From Dehalococcoidia bacterium (lineage in GTDB: Bacteria; Chloroflexota; Dehalococcoidia; Lucifugimonadales; Lucifugimonadaceae): DNA of 64,000 nucleotides. Each line of letters starts with the position of its first letter. Positions within the stretch are counted from its first letter, which is position 1. Where the stretch lies: assembly GCA_965214735.1 (NCBI GenBank), contig OZ243977.1:1621801-1685800 (forward strand), in the 5' to 3' direction. A model generated the notes under the pieces. That model saw only the letters and a list, made by a program, of their open reading frames with translations, had not been told where the DNA came from and made no database searches. Made by a program: the position numbers and the translations under genes. This document shows, piece after piece, positions 54,974 through 64,000 of this stretch.

Positions 54974-55858
54974 ATGATCGTTGATGTTCATACTCATTTG
55001 CCCAGCCATCCCGATACCGTGCCGGATGATGAGATGCTGACCGAATCTGTAATGCGTTCAGGCGAGACGGTACAGCTGACGAACAGCATCGACGACTATG
55101 TGCGTGACATGTCGCCGGTGGATAAGACGTTCATCTTCGGGATCGCGCCGCGTCCCTGGCGGCCGGATGAGAGGGTGTTGCGCACCGGCGGCTGGGATGC
55201 CTCGCTGAATCACAACGACATCGCCTCGCTGACTGCTCAGCGATCGGGTGGTTTGGCGATTCCATTCATGTCGCTGCATCCGCTCGATCCGAACTGGGAG
55301 GATGAGTACGATCGCTGTATGGGTGACTTGGGTTGCAAAGGTATCAAGCTGGGGCCGAACTATCAGGACTTCGATCCGACGTCTGCGGAGGCTTTCCGAC
55401 TCTTTGCGAGGCTGGAATCGGATGGCATTCCGATCATTTTTCACCAAGGTACATCTCCGATGCAGGAGGCGCCGCTTACGTACGCTCATCCATTGACTAC
55501 GGAGAAGGTGGCGCTGGCGTTCCCGAGGCTTAAGATGGTGTTGGCGCATCTGGCTCATCCTTGGCAGGTGGATTGCATCTCAGTCATAAGGAAGCACCCG
55601 AACGTCTGGGCCGACGTATCGGCGCAGTTCTATCGTCCGTACTCTTTCTGGGATGCGATGCTGAAGTTCTACGAATGGGGATCGACTGAAAAAATCCTGT
55701 TCGCGTCTGACTGGCCGGTCACTAAGCCGCAAGACAACATCGATCATCTGCGCGGGCTCAGCAAGTTCGCAAAGGACCATCATCTACCGAGCATACCGGA
55801 GGACGAGATCGAGGGGATAATCCACCGCGACGCGTTGGAGATTCTGGGCGTGGACTGA
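54974..55858 (+). CDS. amidohydrolase-family metal-dependent hydrolase (TIM barrel)
   Basis: MIVDVHTHLP..., IIFHQG, LAHLAHPW, ASDWP. GAGGA RBS. The ORF maximum starts at 54926. Confidence 0.8.
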   Translation: MIVDVHTHLPSHPDTVPDDEMLTESVMRSGETVQLTNSIDDYVRDMSPVDKTFIFGIAPRPWRPDERVLRTGGWDASLNHNDIASLTAQRSGGLAIPFMSLHPLDPNWEDEYDRCMGDLGCKGIKLGPNYQDFDPTSAEAFRLFARLESDGIPIIFHQGTSPMQEAPLTYAHPLTTEKVALAFPRLKMVLAHLAHPWQVDCISVIRKHPNVWADVSAQFYRPYSFWDAMLKFYEWGSTEKILFASDWPVTKPQDNIDHLRGLSKFAKDHHLPSIPEDEIEGIIHRDALEILGVD

Positions 55859-55928
55859 GCGGCTTGTGGAGATCTGCGGGTAAACCGCCAAGCTGCTGCG
55901 AGGCTAAATTACCATTTAAGTAAGAGAT

Positions 55929-56014
55929 GCCGAGGTGGCGAAACGGTAGACGCGCTACGTTCAGGGCGTAGTGTCCGCAAGGACGTGTGGGTTCGAATCC
56001 CACCCTCGGCACCA
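55929..56014 (+). tRNA. tRNA-Leu (anticodon CAG)
   Basis: Acceptor GCCGAGG/CCTCGGC, anticodon stem CTACG/CGTAG, loop TTCAGGG, long variable arm TGTCCGCAAGGACGT, T-loop TTCGAAT, encoded CCA. Confidence 0.9.
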
Positions 56015-56170
56015 GTTTTTCTTCTGTTGAATCTTGGTGCGGCATGCTTTCACAGTAATGACGGGGTTGCGAGGGGTTGCCAAGTAGGAGGGAGATTGTT
56101 GTAGCAGCTTCCGTTTTCGGCGGTCTCTTCGGGTCTGGCTTTGGGATGTTAATCTTGAGCTATTCATAGT

Positions 56171-56246
56171 GCGCTTGTAGCTCAGCGGATAGAGCGCAGC
56201 CCTGCGAAGGCTGAGGTCGTGGGTTCAAATCCCGCCAAGCGCGCCA
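56171..56246 (+). tRNA. tRNA-Arg (anticodon GCG)
   Basis: Canonical 76-nt cloverleaf: acceptor GCGCTTG/CAAGCGC, D-loop AGCGGATA (A20), anticodon loop CTGCGAA, T-loop TTCAAAT, encoded CCA. Confidence 0.85.
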
Positions 56247-56352
56247 CTTTCTGCTCTTTCAAGCGGTACTCCGTCGATTTGTATAATCTGGTGCACCGCA
56301 CCGACTTTCAAGCGAGTGCAATCATGATCGGCTGGAAGCGGTTCGACTTCGG

Positions 56353-56429
56353 GGGCGGTTAGCTCAGCTGGCTAGAGCGCGTCGTTGACATCGACGAGGT
56401 CGGAGGTTCGAGTCCTCCATCGCCCACCA
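56353..56429 (+). tRNA. tRNA-Val (anticodon GAC)
   Basis: Acceptor GGGCGGT/ATCGCCC, anticodon stem CGTCG/CGACG, loop TTGACAT, T-loop TTCGAGT, encoded CCA. Confidence 0.9.
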
Positions 56430-56552
56430 AGCTACGTAAAGCCGAGAATCCTCAGCCTATGGGGAGGTTCGAGATGACGAAGACCGCGTGTCATCCGATT
56501 TGGCTGTCGTATTCTTTCCCGCTCAAACATGACGCGTGAAACATAGTCGGGA

Positions 56553-57026
56553 TTGAATGCAATGGCCGGCAAGATGTCCAATAAATCAAGCAAGGCTGCA
56601 AAGAAGGCGATGGCCGAGCCTGTCTTACTCTCAGGAGGCAACCCTCAGATCGCTAAGGCCGATGGCGATGCCCCTGTGCAGGCTTATATCGCGGCCATGC
56701 CGGGGTGGAAAAGCGGTGTCGGTCGGCGTCTTGACGCGCTCATCGTGCGCACTGTGCCCGACGTGCGGAAGGCGGTGAGGTGGAATTCGCCTTGGTATGG
56801 CATTGAAGGAGAAGGGTGGTTCCTGAGTTACCATGTCTTCACTCGTTACGTGAAAGTGACCTTCTTGAGCGGCGCGTCGCTGCGTCCGGTCCCGCCCGGC
56901 TCGGGCAAGGACAAAGACTCGCGCTGGATCGACATCTACGAGGGCGAATTCGACGAGGAGCAGATGGAAAAATGGGTCCTGCAGGCGGTTGCCATACCGG
57001 GCTGGCGGGGCTTTGATCGTTTGTGA
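56553..57026 (+). CDS. DUF1801 (YdhG-like) domain protein
   Basis: VQAYIAAMPGWKSGVGRRLDALIVRTVPDVRKAVRWNSPWYGIEGEGWFLSYHVFTRYVKVTF. Confidence 0.7.
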   Translation: MNAMAGKMSNKSSKAAKKAMAEPVLLSGGNPQIAKADGDAPVQAYIAAMPGWKSGVGRRLDALIVRTVPDVRKAVRWNSPWYGIEGEGWFLSYHVFTRYVKVTFLSGASLRPVPPGSGKDKDSRWIDIYEGEFDEEQMEKWVLQAVAIPGWRGFDRL

Positions 57027-57200
57027 ATACCGACACGGCATCGTTCGAGCGACCTAGCTAATACTCACTCAATCTTTCAATACGCGGCGAGGTGCAAGAG
57101 TTCACGCTGTGTTGCAGCTGTTAGCGATGCCCTAGCCGTTAGAGACTTATCATGGCTGTTGCTATCTGTGGTTCTGCAAAGGTCTTTGCGAGCGGTAAAA

Positions 57201-58217
57201 ATGCCTAGTTCTGCATATCCTAGCGTTTCGGTAATCATTCCGGCGCGCGGTGCGTTGGAGACCATCATTCCAACCCTCGATGCGATATCGGCTCAAGATT
57301 ATGAGGGGACGATTGAGGTTATCGTCGCCGATGGCGACGATAACCCGGCTATGGCAGAGGCTATCCGTCAATTCCACCCGTCTGTGCGGGTGATTCCCAA
57401 TCCAGAAAAAGCAGTGGCGCCTGGAGCCAATGCGGCGTTTCGGGTGGCGAGCGGGGAGATCATAGTGCGTTGCGATGCCCATACGAAGTTTCCGCCCAGT
57501 TATGTGCGCCACGCCATAGAAACGCTGGAGCGGACTGGGGCGGCAAACGTCGGTGGACGACAGTTAGCTGCGGGTACTACCTTTTTTGAACGAGCTGCGG
57601 CACTGGCGATGAGCACCCCGCTAGGGGTAGGCGATGCTCGTCACCGTCTGGGCGGTAAAGAGGGAGATGCCGATACTGCCTTTCTGGGTACGTTCCGGCG
57701 CGATACGCTGGACGATATGGAGGGAGGATATGCCGATTTTGCACGGAACCAGGACTACGAGTTCAATTACCGTTTGCGTAAACAGGGTAAGACGGTGTGG
57801 TTCGATCCCAAGTTAGTGGTTGAATACAAGCCTCGTGGCACACTATGGGCGTTGGCGTTGCAGTATTTCCGCTACGGCCGCGGAAAGTCGGCGATGCTGC
57901 TGAAACATCCGAGATCGGTTCGCGCTCGCCACCTTGCTGCTCCTGCACTGGTGCTGGCTCTGGCGGCTGGGACGGTACTTGCTATTGTGGGATTTCATTT
58001 ACCGTTGGTGGCGCTGCTATTCACTTACATTTCGACCATCGTGGTCGGATCGGCGATCGTGGGCTTACGGCGGCGGGACTCATCGGCTGTTCTCCTTCCC
58101 GTAGCTCTGGCAATCATGCACCTTAACTGGGGATTTGGCTTCTTCATCCCCGAGCGGTGGCACCTAGAAACTCGGGGGTTGAAAAATCTCGGGCAGCGCG
58201 ACTCGGGGCAGTCTTAG
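57201..58217 (+). CDS. family-2 glycosyltransferase with C-terminal TM helices
   Basis: VSVIIPARGALETIIPTLDAISAQDY...EVIVADGDD, RCDAH, and C-terminal hydrophobic helices. The ORF maximum starts at 57159 (TTG). Confidence 0.75.
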   Translation: MPSSAYPSVSVIIPARGALETIIPTLDAISAQDYEGTIEVIVADGDDNPAMAEAIRQFHPSVRVIPNPEKAVAPGANAAFRVASGEIIVRCDAHTKFPPSYVRHAIETLERTGAANVGGRQLAAGTTFFERAAALAMSTPLGVGDARHRLGGKEGDADTAFLGTFRRDTLDDMEGGYADFARNQDYEFNYRLRKQGKTVWFDPKLVVEYKPRGTLWALALQYFRYGRGKSAMLLKHPRSVRARHLAAPALVLALAAGTVLAIVGFHLPLVALLFTYISTIVVGSAIVGLRRRDSSAVLLPVALAIMHLNWGFGFFIPERWHLETRGLKNLGQRDSGQS

Positions 58218-59293
58218 GGTAGCGGGCTCCAGCGCAGTCCGAGCGCGACGGCGGCTAGCGCCAAGATGCCGCCTATTGCTGTCAGCAAAGCGGAAATCTC
58301 GGTTCTGACCTTCTTCTTTACGATGTGCATCGGTATCTCTTCAAAAACTTGGAGCAACTCGTCAGCACTTTCTGCCAAGTAGTATTCGCCGTCGGTGATT
58401 TCGGCGACTTGCCTCAAGGTGTAGTCGTCGAGTGCAACCGGGTTGCCACCTCCCAGTCGTCCGAAGTTTCTTCCCCAGAAACCTCCTCGCCCGATGCGAT
58501 TCGCCAGCTGGTCATCTCCGAGTTGACTTGGTGTGCACCTTAATTCTGCGCCCTGCGGAGTGCCGAAACCGATCGTGTAGATTCGAACGCCTCGGTCACT
58601 GGCTGCTTCAGCCACTGCCAAGGCGCTTACGCCGCGGGTGCTGGCGCCATCGGTCAGAAGAACTATGACGTCGGGTTGATGCGTCGCTTCGAGATCGGAG
58701 TTCGATTGGTTTGCTCTAGAGCTGACGAAAACGTCCATCGGCGGGATGTCCGGGTTAACTTCTGAAAGGGCATCCATGGAGCGTGCGATGGCACTGCCTA
58801 CCGCGGTGGCGCGTGCCGTGGTGAGGTTTGCGACTGCCTCCAACAATGCATCTCTGTCGGTTGTGGGAGGAACGATCAGCTCTGCGATTCCGGCGAATGC
58901 TACGATTCCGATCTGTGTATCGGCGGATTGGCTCTCGATGAATTTTTCGGCGGATTCTCCGGCGACCGTGAGACGGTTGGGAGCGATGTCGTTGGCGCAC
59001 ATGCTGAGCGACACGTCCAGCGCCAGCATTACAGTGGTTCGATTAGATGCGACGCTGATGTTGGCCCAGGGGCGTGACAGGGCGATTATGAGTAACACGA
59101 GGGCGAGGATCAGCAGAGCGAATGGCACGTGGCGTCGCCAACGGAGTCGGCCGGGCATAGCTTGCTGTATCAGCGATAGGCTCGAGTAACGCACGGCGAA
59201 CCGCCTGCGTCGCCTGAGCACCAAGATGTAAGCCACTACGACTAAGGGTATGGCGATCAAAAGCAGCAGATAGAGCGGCCAAAACAGTCCCAT
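58214..59293 (-). CDS. VWA domain-containing membrane protein (BatB-like)
   Basis: N-terminal TM helices, the VWA MIDAS start MLALDVSLSM, and a C-terminal TM helix. Confidence 0.8.
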   Translation of the reverse strand: MGLFWPLYLLLLIAIPLVVVAYILVLRRRRRFAVRYSSLSLIQQAMPGRLRWRRHVPFALLILALVLLIIALSRPWANISVASNRTTVMLALDVSLSMCANDIAPNRLTVAGESAEKFIESQSADTQIGIVAFAGIAELIVPPTTDRDALLEAVANLTTARATAVGSAIARSMDALSEVNPDIPPMDVFVSSRANQSNSDLEATHQPDVIVLLTDGASTRGVSALAVAEAASDRGVRIYTIGFGTPQGAELRCTPSQLGDDQLANRIGRGGFWGRNFGRLGGGNPVALDDYTLRQVAEITDGEYYLAESADELLQVFEEIPMHIVKKKVRTEISALLTAIGGILALAAVALGLRWSPLP

Positions 59294-59307
59294 CGATATT
59301 CTCCAAA

Positions 59308-60309
59308 CTACGGAACGCGTCCGAACCAGAAGAGCGACATGGTTGCGCCTGCTAACAGAATCAGCGCGCTCAATCCTCCCAGCACTCCCGTTATCTCAAC
59401 CTCTCTAGGCTCGACCACGAACTCGTTTTCCAGCTTCTCATAGATCGAAGGGATATCTGAGGCAGTCGCGACGTTGAAGTAGGAGCCCTCTGTGAGTGAT
59501 GCGATCTCCCGTAAAACGGGTTCGTTCAGCTGGGTGAAGGTGTAAAAGCCGTCGATCTCCAGCGTGAAGCCTTCGACCGAGCCGACGCCGACTGTGTACA
59601 CCCTCACGCCGCGATCGATAGCTGTTTGCGCCGCTTCCATCGGATCGGATTGGTCGGTGTTTTCACCGTCAGTCAACAAGACGATAACTGCCGGGGCGAA
59701 TGCGGTGCGCGCCGGAGGCTCAAAGGACTGCGGCAAGCTAGGGCCCATCCCGTCTTGGGGTTCGGGGTTGATCGGCGGAGCGACGATGTTGAGCGCGGTC
59801 ATTATCCCTCTTCCCAACGATGTACCGCTCTGAGGGACTAATCGGTCGATGGTCGCGGACAATGCATCGATGTCGTCGGTCGGAGGTTGCACCACCAATC
59901 CTCCTTCTCCGAAAGCGACTACTCCGATCTTGGTGCTGTCTGTTCGCCGCTCTACGAATGCCTTGGCGGCTGATTTGGCTGCTTCCATCCTAGTGGGTTC
60001 TGCGTCTTCTGCTGCCATGCTGGCTGAGACATCGAAGGTCAGCATGACGGTGCCTTCCAACTTAGGCAGTGGCAGAGTCAGCTGTGGACGCGCTGAAGCC
60101 ACGATCAGAAGTGAGAGTGCGATGAGGAAGAGGATCGGTGCGATGTGGCGACGCGTTCCTGCTTGAGGAGATGGGCTGCCCTGAATCGATCCTAATGTGC
60201 CGAGGTCGGCAGCGTTTCGTGCACGCCTTCGTTGCATGCGGATGTAGATGAAAATGCACAGTGGCACTGCCAGCAGCGAGATGAGGATCCATGGCCAGAT
60301 GAATGTCAA
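59308..60309 (-). CDS. VWA domain-containing membrane protein (BatA-like)
   Basis: N-terminal TM helices, the VWA MIDAS start MLTFDVSASM, and a C-terminal TM helix. Confidence 0.8.
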   Translation of the reverse strand: MTFIWPWILISLLAVPLCIFIYIRMQRRRARNAADLGTLGSIQGSPSPQAGTRRHIAPILFLIALSLLIVASARPQLTLPLPKLEGTVMLTFDVSASMAAEDAEPTRMEAAKSAAKAFVERRTDSTKIGVVAFGEGGLVVQPPTDDIDALSATIDRLVPQSGTSLGRGIMTALNIVAPPINPEPQDGMGPSLPQSFEPPARTAFAPAVIVLLTDGENTDQSDPMEAAQTAIDRGVRVYTVGVGSVEGFTLEIDGFYTFTQLNEPVLREIASLTEGSYFNVATASDIPSIYEKLENEFVVEPREVEITGVLGGLSALILLAGATMSLFWFGRVP

Positions 60310-60320
60310 GATCCATCTAC

Positions 60321-61232
60321 CTACTTTCGCCGCGCCCGGCTGCGAAGGGATGCGAATCGCAGGATTGCACGCGCCAAATCTTCATCTGTTGAGAGCGACA
60401 GTCGGTCGACACCGACTCGTTTGAAGGTCTGCGAGAGTTCTGCTTCTCGTCGCATCGCTGCTTCATGGAATCTTTGGCGGAAACCTTTGTCGCTGGTGTC
60501 TACGCTCAACTGCACGCCCGTCTCCGAGTCCTCGACAAGTACCACTCCGACGTCGGGCAGGTCGGCTTCGCGCGGGTCCCAGAGGCGGATCGCCAGCAGC
60601 TCATGCTTTCTGTTGAGGCGGTCCATCGCTTCGTCCCATCCAGGCGTACAGATGAAGTCGGAGATCAGGAATATGAGAGAGCGTCTCTTGATGCTGTTGA
60701 ATGCCGATTCCATCAGTTTTGCGAGATTGGTCATCGTGCCACTGGGAGATGAACCATATCTTTGTATCTCGCTGATGAGACGTAGCACCTGGGTGCGGCT
60801 GCCTCGGGGCGGGATCGGAATTTCGACGTTGTTGTCGTACAAAATAGCGCCCACACGGTTCCCGTTTCGAGTGAGGACTCGAGCCAGTACCGCCACAAAG
60901 TCGAGCATTACAGACTCTTTGTGGCGATCCAATGCGCCGAATGCCATCGATGGGCTCAGATCCAGCAGGAACCACGCCGTGACCTCACGGTCCTCCATGT
61001 ATTTACGGACGTATGGCGCGTCCATTCGCGCGGTCACGTTCCAATCGATGTGGCGTATGTCGTCAGGCGGTTGGTACTCTCGCAGGTCGGCGAAGTCTAG
61101 ACCTCCTCCCATGAAGAGGCTGCTGTAGTCGCCTTGGAGGATGCCGTCGAGCCGTCTGACAACTTGCCAATCGAGTCGATGCAGCAGCCGCTCCGGAGCT
61201 TCCTGATCAATGGTCAGCACGGTTTCCTGCAT
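60321..61232 (-). CDS. DUF58 domain-containing protein
   Basis: GGLDFADLREYQPPDDIRHIDWNVTARMDAPYVRKY is the hallmark DUF58 motif. It sits downstream of moxR. Confidence 0.85.
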   Translation of the reverse strand: MQETVLTIDQEAPERLLHRLDWQVVRRLDGILQGDYSSLFMGGGLDFADLREYQPPDDIRHIDWNVTARMDAPYVRKYMEDREVTAWFLLDLSPSMAFGALDRHKESVMLDFVAVLARVLTRNGNRVGAILYDNNVEIPIPPRGSRTQVLRLISEIQRYGSSPSGTMTNLAKLMESAFNSIKRRSLIFLISDFICTPGWDEAMDRLNRKHELLAIRLWDPREADLPDVGVVLVEDSETGVQLSVDTSDKGFRQRFHEAAMRREAELSQTFKRVGVDRLSLSTDEDLARAILRFASLRSRARRK

Positions 61233-62208
61233 ATTCGCGTAGAGGCACTTCTGGCACTGGGACGACGTTTATGAATCGTTCCAGCAGGTCGTCGCTTTGG
61301 ACGTTATCCGAGAGTGCCTCGTATGAGAGCACCAATCGGTGTCTGATGACGTCTAGTGCCACGTCTCGGACGTCCTGCGGCAATGCGTAGGAGCGTCCTC
61401 GGACGAACGCCAATGCGCGTCCCGCCATTATCAAGTTGATAGACGCTCGCGGGCTGGCGCCGAACAAGATGTATGGCTTCAATTCGTCGAGTCCGCACAG
61501 CTCTGGCTGGCGTGTGGCGGTCACGAGTTTCACGGAGTAATCGACTAATGATGGGTCCACGTAGACTTTGTCTGCCTGTTGCTGCAATCGCAGAAGCTGC
61601 TCAGTGTCGAAGACTCGCTGGACCTCTTGGAGAATCCCGGTCATGCGCTCGACGATTACGAACTCTTCAGTCGCGCTCGGATATCCGACGAGTACTTTGA
61701 GCATGAATCGATCTACCTGAGCCTCGGGCAGCGGGTATGTGCCCTCTGATTCGATAGGGTTCTGGGTCGCCATCACCAAGAATGGCTGCGGCACCGGATG
61801 TGTCTCTCGCCCGATGGTGACCTGTCGCTCCTGCATCACCTCTAGCAGTGCGCTCTGTACCTTTGCGGGTGCGCGGTTTATCTCGTCTGCCAAGAGCAGG
61901 TTTGTGAATACCGGCCCTAGCGATGTGTTGAATTCGCCGGTCTTCTGGTTGTATATGCGAGTGCCGATGAGGTCTGCCGGCATGAGATCGGGTGTGAACT
62001 GTATGCGTTGAAACTCTCCTCCTATCGCTTGAGAGAGCGTCTTGACTGCCATCGTCTTTGCTAGTCCGGGCACTCCTTCTACCAAGATGTGGCCGCGAGA
62101 TAGCAGTGCCACGACCATCCGCTCCAACAGGTGGTCCTGGCCGACGATGACCTTCTTGACCTCGTATAGAACTCGTTCCATCGGTTGAATGTTTCCGTTG
62201 TTCCTCAT
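61207..62208 (-). CDS. MoxR-family AAA+ ATPase
   Basis: GHILVEGVPGLAKT (Walker A), LLADEINRAPAKVQSALLEVMQE, MATQNPIE. Confidence 0.9.
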   Translation of the reverse strand: MRNNGNIQPMERVLYEVKKVIVGQDHLLERMVVALLSRGHILVEGVPGLAKTMAVKTLSQAIGGEFQRIQFTPDLMPADLIGTRIYNQKTGEFNTSLGPVFTNLLLADEINRAPAKVQSALLEVMQERQVTIGRETHPVPQPFLVMATQNPIESEGTYPLPEAQVDRFMLKVLVGYPSATEEFVIVERMTGILQEVQRVFDTEQLLRLQQQADKVYVDPSLVDYSVKLVTATRQPELCGLDELKPYILFGASPRASINLIMAGRALAFVRGRSYALPQDVRDVALDVIRHRLVLSYEALSDNVQSDDLLERFINVVPVPEVPLREYAGNRADH

Positions 62209-62237
62209 TGTGATTGTGTTCCTATCGTCTCGTCCGT

Positions 62238-63158
62238 TTACTGCTCAGGTCCGCCGGCGGCGCCGGCTGCTACTTCGATGGGCACCGCGAATCCGATGCC
62301 GATAAACACTTCTTGTTCTGTCGGATTCATCGCCCCGGTCACGATTCCGACGACTTGGCCTCTACGGTCCAACAATGGGCCGCCGGAGTTTCCCGGATTG
62401 ACGGCTGCATCGAACTGAATCAGTCCCCTCATAGGCTGTTCACCTTCCGGAGGCATGAACTCGCGCTCTAGCCCTGAAACCACTCCTGCGCTTATGGAGC
62501 CTGTCAATCCTAGAGGATGGCCGACGGCAAACACTTCATCCCCGACCCTTATCGCGTCGGCGTTTCCGATGGTTCCGGGCACAACCAGTCCGGGCGGGGT
62601 GTATGGCGTCAAAACCGCGATGTCGTTGTCGGGGTCTGCATTCGTCACGAAAGCAGATGTCTGAGAGCCATCCGAGTAGTAGATCTGGATCTCTGCCGCT
62701 TCCTCCACGACGTGCAGCGCGGTGAGGACATCGGCGTTGTTGTTGATGACTACCCCGGCGCCGAAGCCGAGATCGTTCTCGCCCGTCATATTGGATGAAG
62801 TCGCTTGAACGATGACCAGTGAGGGGATGATGGTCCGATATACCAGCGCCGAAGTGGCGGGCGGCGGTGTTGCCATAGCCAGTATCTCGGCGACGGCTTC
62901 CTCGACGTTCACCGTCTCCACCAGTTCATCATCGATCTGGAAAGTTCTCCATAGCAGCACTGCGAGAAGCAAGAGCACCACACCGAATGCGGCGGCTGTG
63001 AACCACGCCGAGTACCTGCGAAGGTTGCGCCAGCGGCTCATATCGGATCCTGCCGCCCCGTCCACTCGATCAGAGTGATCAACATCCGTCACTCCTAGTC
63101 GATCCTGTGGATTCGATTCATGTCTGGGAAGTAAAGCTGCCTCCTCACTCTGGGGCAT
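62238..63158 (-). CDS. membrane-anchored trypsin-like serine protease (S1C/HtrA-like, no PDZ visible)
   Basis: TM helix FTAAAFGVVLLLLAVLLW, catalytic His context VLTALHVV, Asp context DNDIAVL, Ser context GNSGGPLL. Confidence 0.8.
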   Translation of the reverse strand: MPQSEEAALLPRHESNPQDRLGVTDVDHSDRVDGAAGSDMSRWRNLRRYSAWFTAAAFGVVLLLLAVLLWRTFQIDDELVETVNVEEAVAEILAMATPPPATSALVYRTIIPSLVIVQATSSNMTGENDLGFGAGVVINNNADVLTALHVVEEAAEIQIYYSDGSQTSAFVTNADPDNDIAVLTPYTPPGLVVPGTIGNADAIRVGDEVFAVGHPLGLTGSISAGVVSGLEREFMPPEGEQPMRGLIQFDAAVNPGNSGGPLLDRRGQVVGIVTGAMNPTEQEVFIGIGFAVPIEVAAGAAGGPEQ

Positions 63159-63470
63159 TCGCCAAATCGGGCTTCAACTATGCTGCCCTACTGCTCATAC
63201 CGGGTGGCTGTAGGTGAATTATCCACTATTGTGACGGATCATCAGACTCGCGCGGCTGGTAGCGGCGGGTAAGTTCATCGCCGCGGTTGTGGCGGTCGAT
63301 ACAGCGGAGATCGGTTTCTGTCTTACTGCAGGCAACCTGTTTTCTATACGTCACTCGGGCATAGAGCGGATCTTCAAGCCCCAGTTAGGGTTGCTCGTAC
63401 TTGCGGTAGCTCGATATGCCGAGTGTCTGCATCACTCCTTCATCAGCACTCGACATTCAGGGTTGTCGAA

Positions 63471-64000
63471 CTAGCCAAGGCGATGTCCTGATGCGGGTTG
63501 TTTGTTGCCGTGTATTGATGGCTCGCTGGCGAGTAGCGATCTGATGCGCGCCACTGCCTCGAGCGCGTCTTCGTCAAGACCTAGCACCTCGCGCACCAGC
63601 CGTTCGTCGAGTCGGATGCGGTTTCTATCGACGTTGAGCCTGTAGAACGGCTCGAACTGCACTTCGCGGAGTTCGCGGAACACCTCTTCGGCCGCGGCAA
63701 GCTGCCAGTCATCAAGCTGGCGCACATCCAGAGTCGGGAGCGTGGTTAGCATGGTGCGGCTTCCGAGTCCTCGTCCTGCCTGCGATCGGTTGGAATGGTT
63801 CGCGTGGCAGAGCATACCAAATGTGGAGTTTAGCCATAGAGCGAGGGCGAGTTCTCGATTCTGTCGTTTCGTCTCATCATCGTCTAGTACTTGGAGAGTG
63901 TGCCAAGACCTGACGCCCAATGTGGGGATGCGCGTAGTCGCGGCGTGGATGCGTTGCGACCCGTAGCCCACGTCCGGAGTGATGTGCAAGTATCCGGATT
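63471..64000 (-). CDS. hypothetical protein, C-terminal part only (frame open to the window edge); faint resemblance to the C-terminal specificity region of N6-adenine DNA methyltransferases
   Basis: There is no stop between 63989 and 64000 in frame. LALALWLNSTFGML...LPTLDVRQLDDWQL... resembles TaqI_C-like target-recognition segments. I cannot verify this without a search. Confidence 0.35.
   Translation of the reverse strand, partial: SGYLHITPDVGYGSQRIHAATTRIPTLGVRSWHTLQVLDDDETKRQNRELALALWLNSTFGMLCHANHSNRSQAGRGLGSRTMLTTLPTLDVRQLDDWQLAAAEEVFRELREVQFEPFYRLNVDRNRIRLDERLVREVLGLDEDALEAVARIRSLLASEPSIHGNKQPASGHRLG

Noticed and set aside
55929-58217. tRNA cluster as an integration site for a genomic island or prophage
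   Set aside because: I found no integrase, no direct repeat of a tRNA 3' end, and no phage genes downstream. The adjacent genes are ordinary (DUF1801, GT2).

Overview
This is a 64 kb high-GC bacterial chromosomal window. All four tRNAs encode CCA, and Shine-Dalgarno-type RBSs are visible. Most of it is dense, paralogue-rich metabolism: an AapJQMP-like amino-acid ABC transporter with two binding-protein paralogues, five HpcH/HpaI-type aldolase-fold genes, two Ldh_2 dehydrogenases, glycolate oxidase GlcD/E/F, a class-V glyoxylate-type aminotransferase, aldo/keto reductases, an enolase-superfamily enzyme, an LLM monooxygenase and two GT2 glycosyltransferases. This style is reminiscent of marine Chloroflexota, but the taxon cannot be set from this window.

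The most interesting part is the first 9.4 kb, a decayed mosaic defence island.
- An intact 1123-aa HEPN-DUF499 P-loop ATPase is present.
- Its usual partner, a DUF1156/COG1743 DNA methylase, is frameshifted at a G19 homopolymer and cut by an IS5-family element.
- A 2684-bp IS1595-family transposon sits between them, delimited by perfect 21-bp inverted repeats that I found by eye. It carries a methyltransferase-HNH fusion and is driven by a perfect consensus promoter.
- That transposon interrupts a 44-codon AAA-ATPase N-terminus that is absent from the ORF track.
- The transposon also abuts a relic copy of the DUF499 3' end.
- An AT-rich membrane-protein gene lies in the same island.

Three copies of an 821/822-bp IS5-family element are present. 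Two carry an A8 run that needs a -1 frameshift, and one carries an A9 run that hard-codes the fused transposase.

Other notable items:
- two secreted repeat lipoproteins (5x Excalibur; 2x SNase plus 2x Excalibur with a 612-bp tandem duplication) flanked by a duplicated ADH 3' relic
- a HigBA module
- a protease-MoxR-DUF58-VWA-VWA operon
- four tRNAs, including Arg(GCG)

No rRNA, CRISPR array, integrase or prophage was seen.
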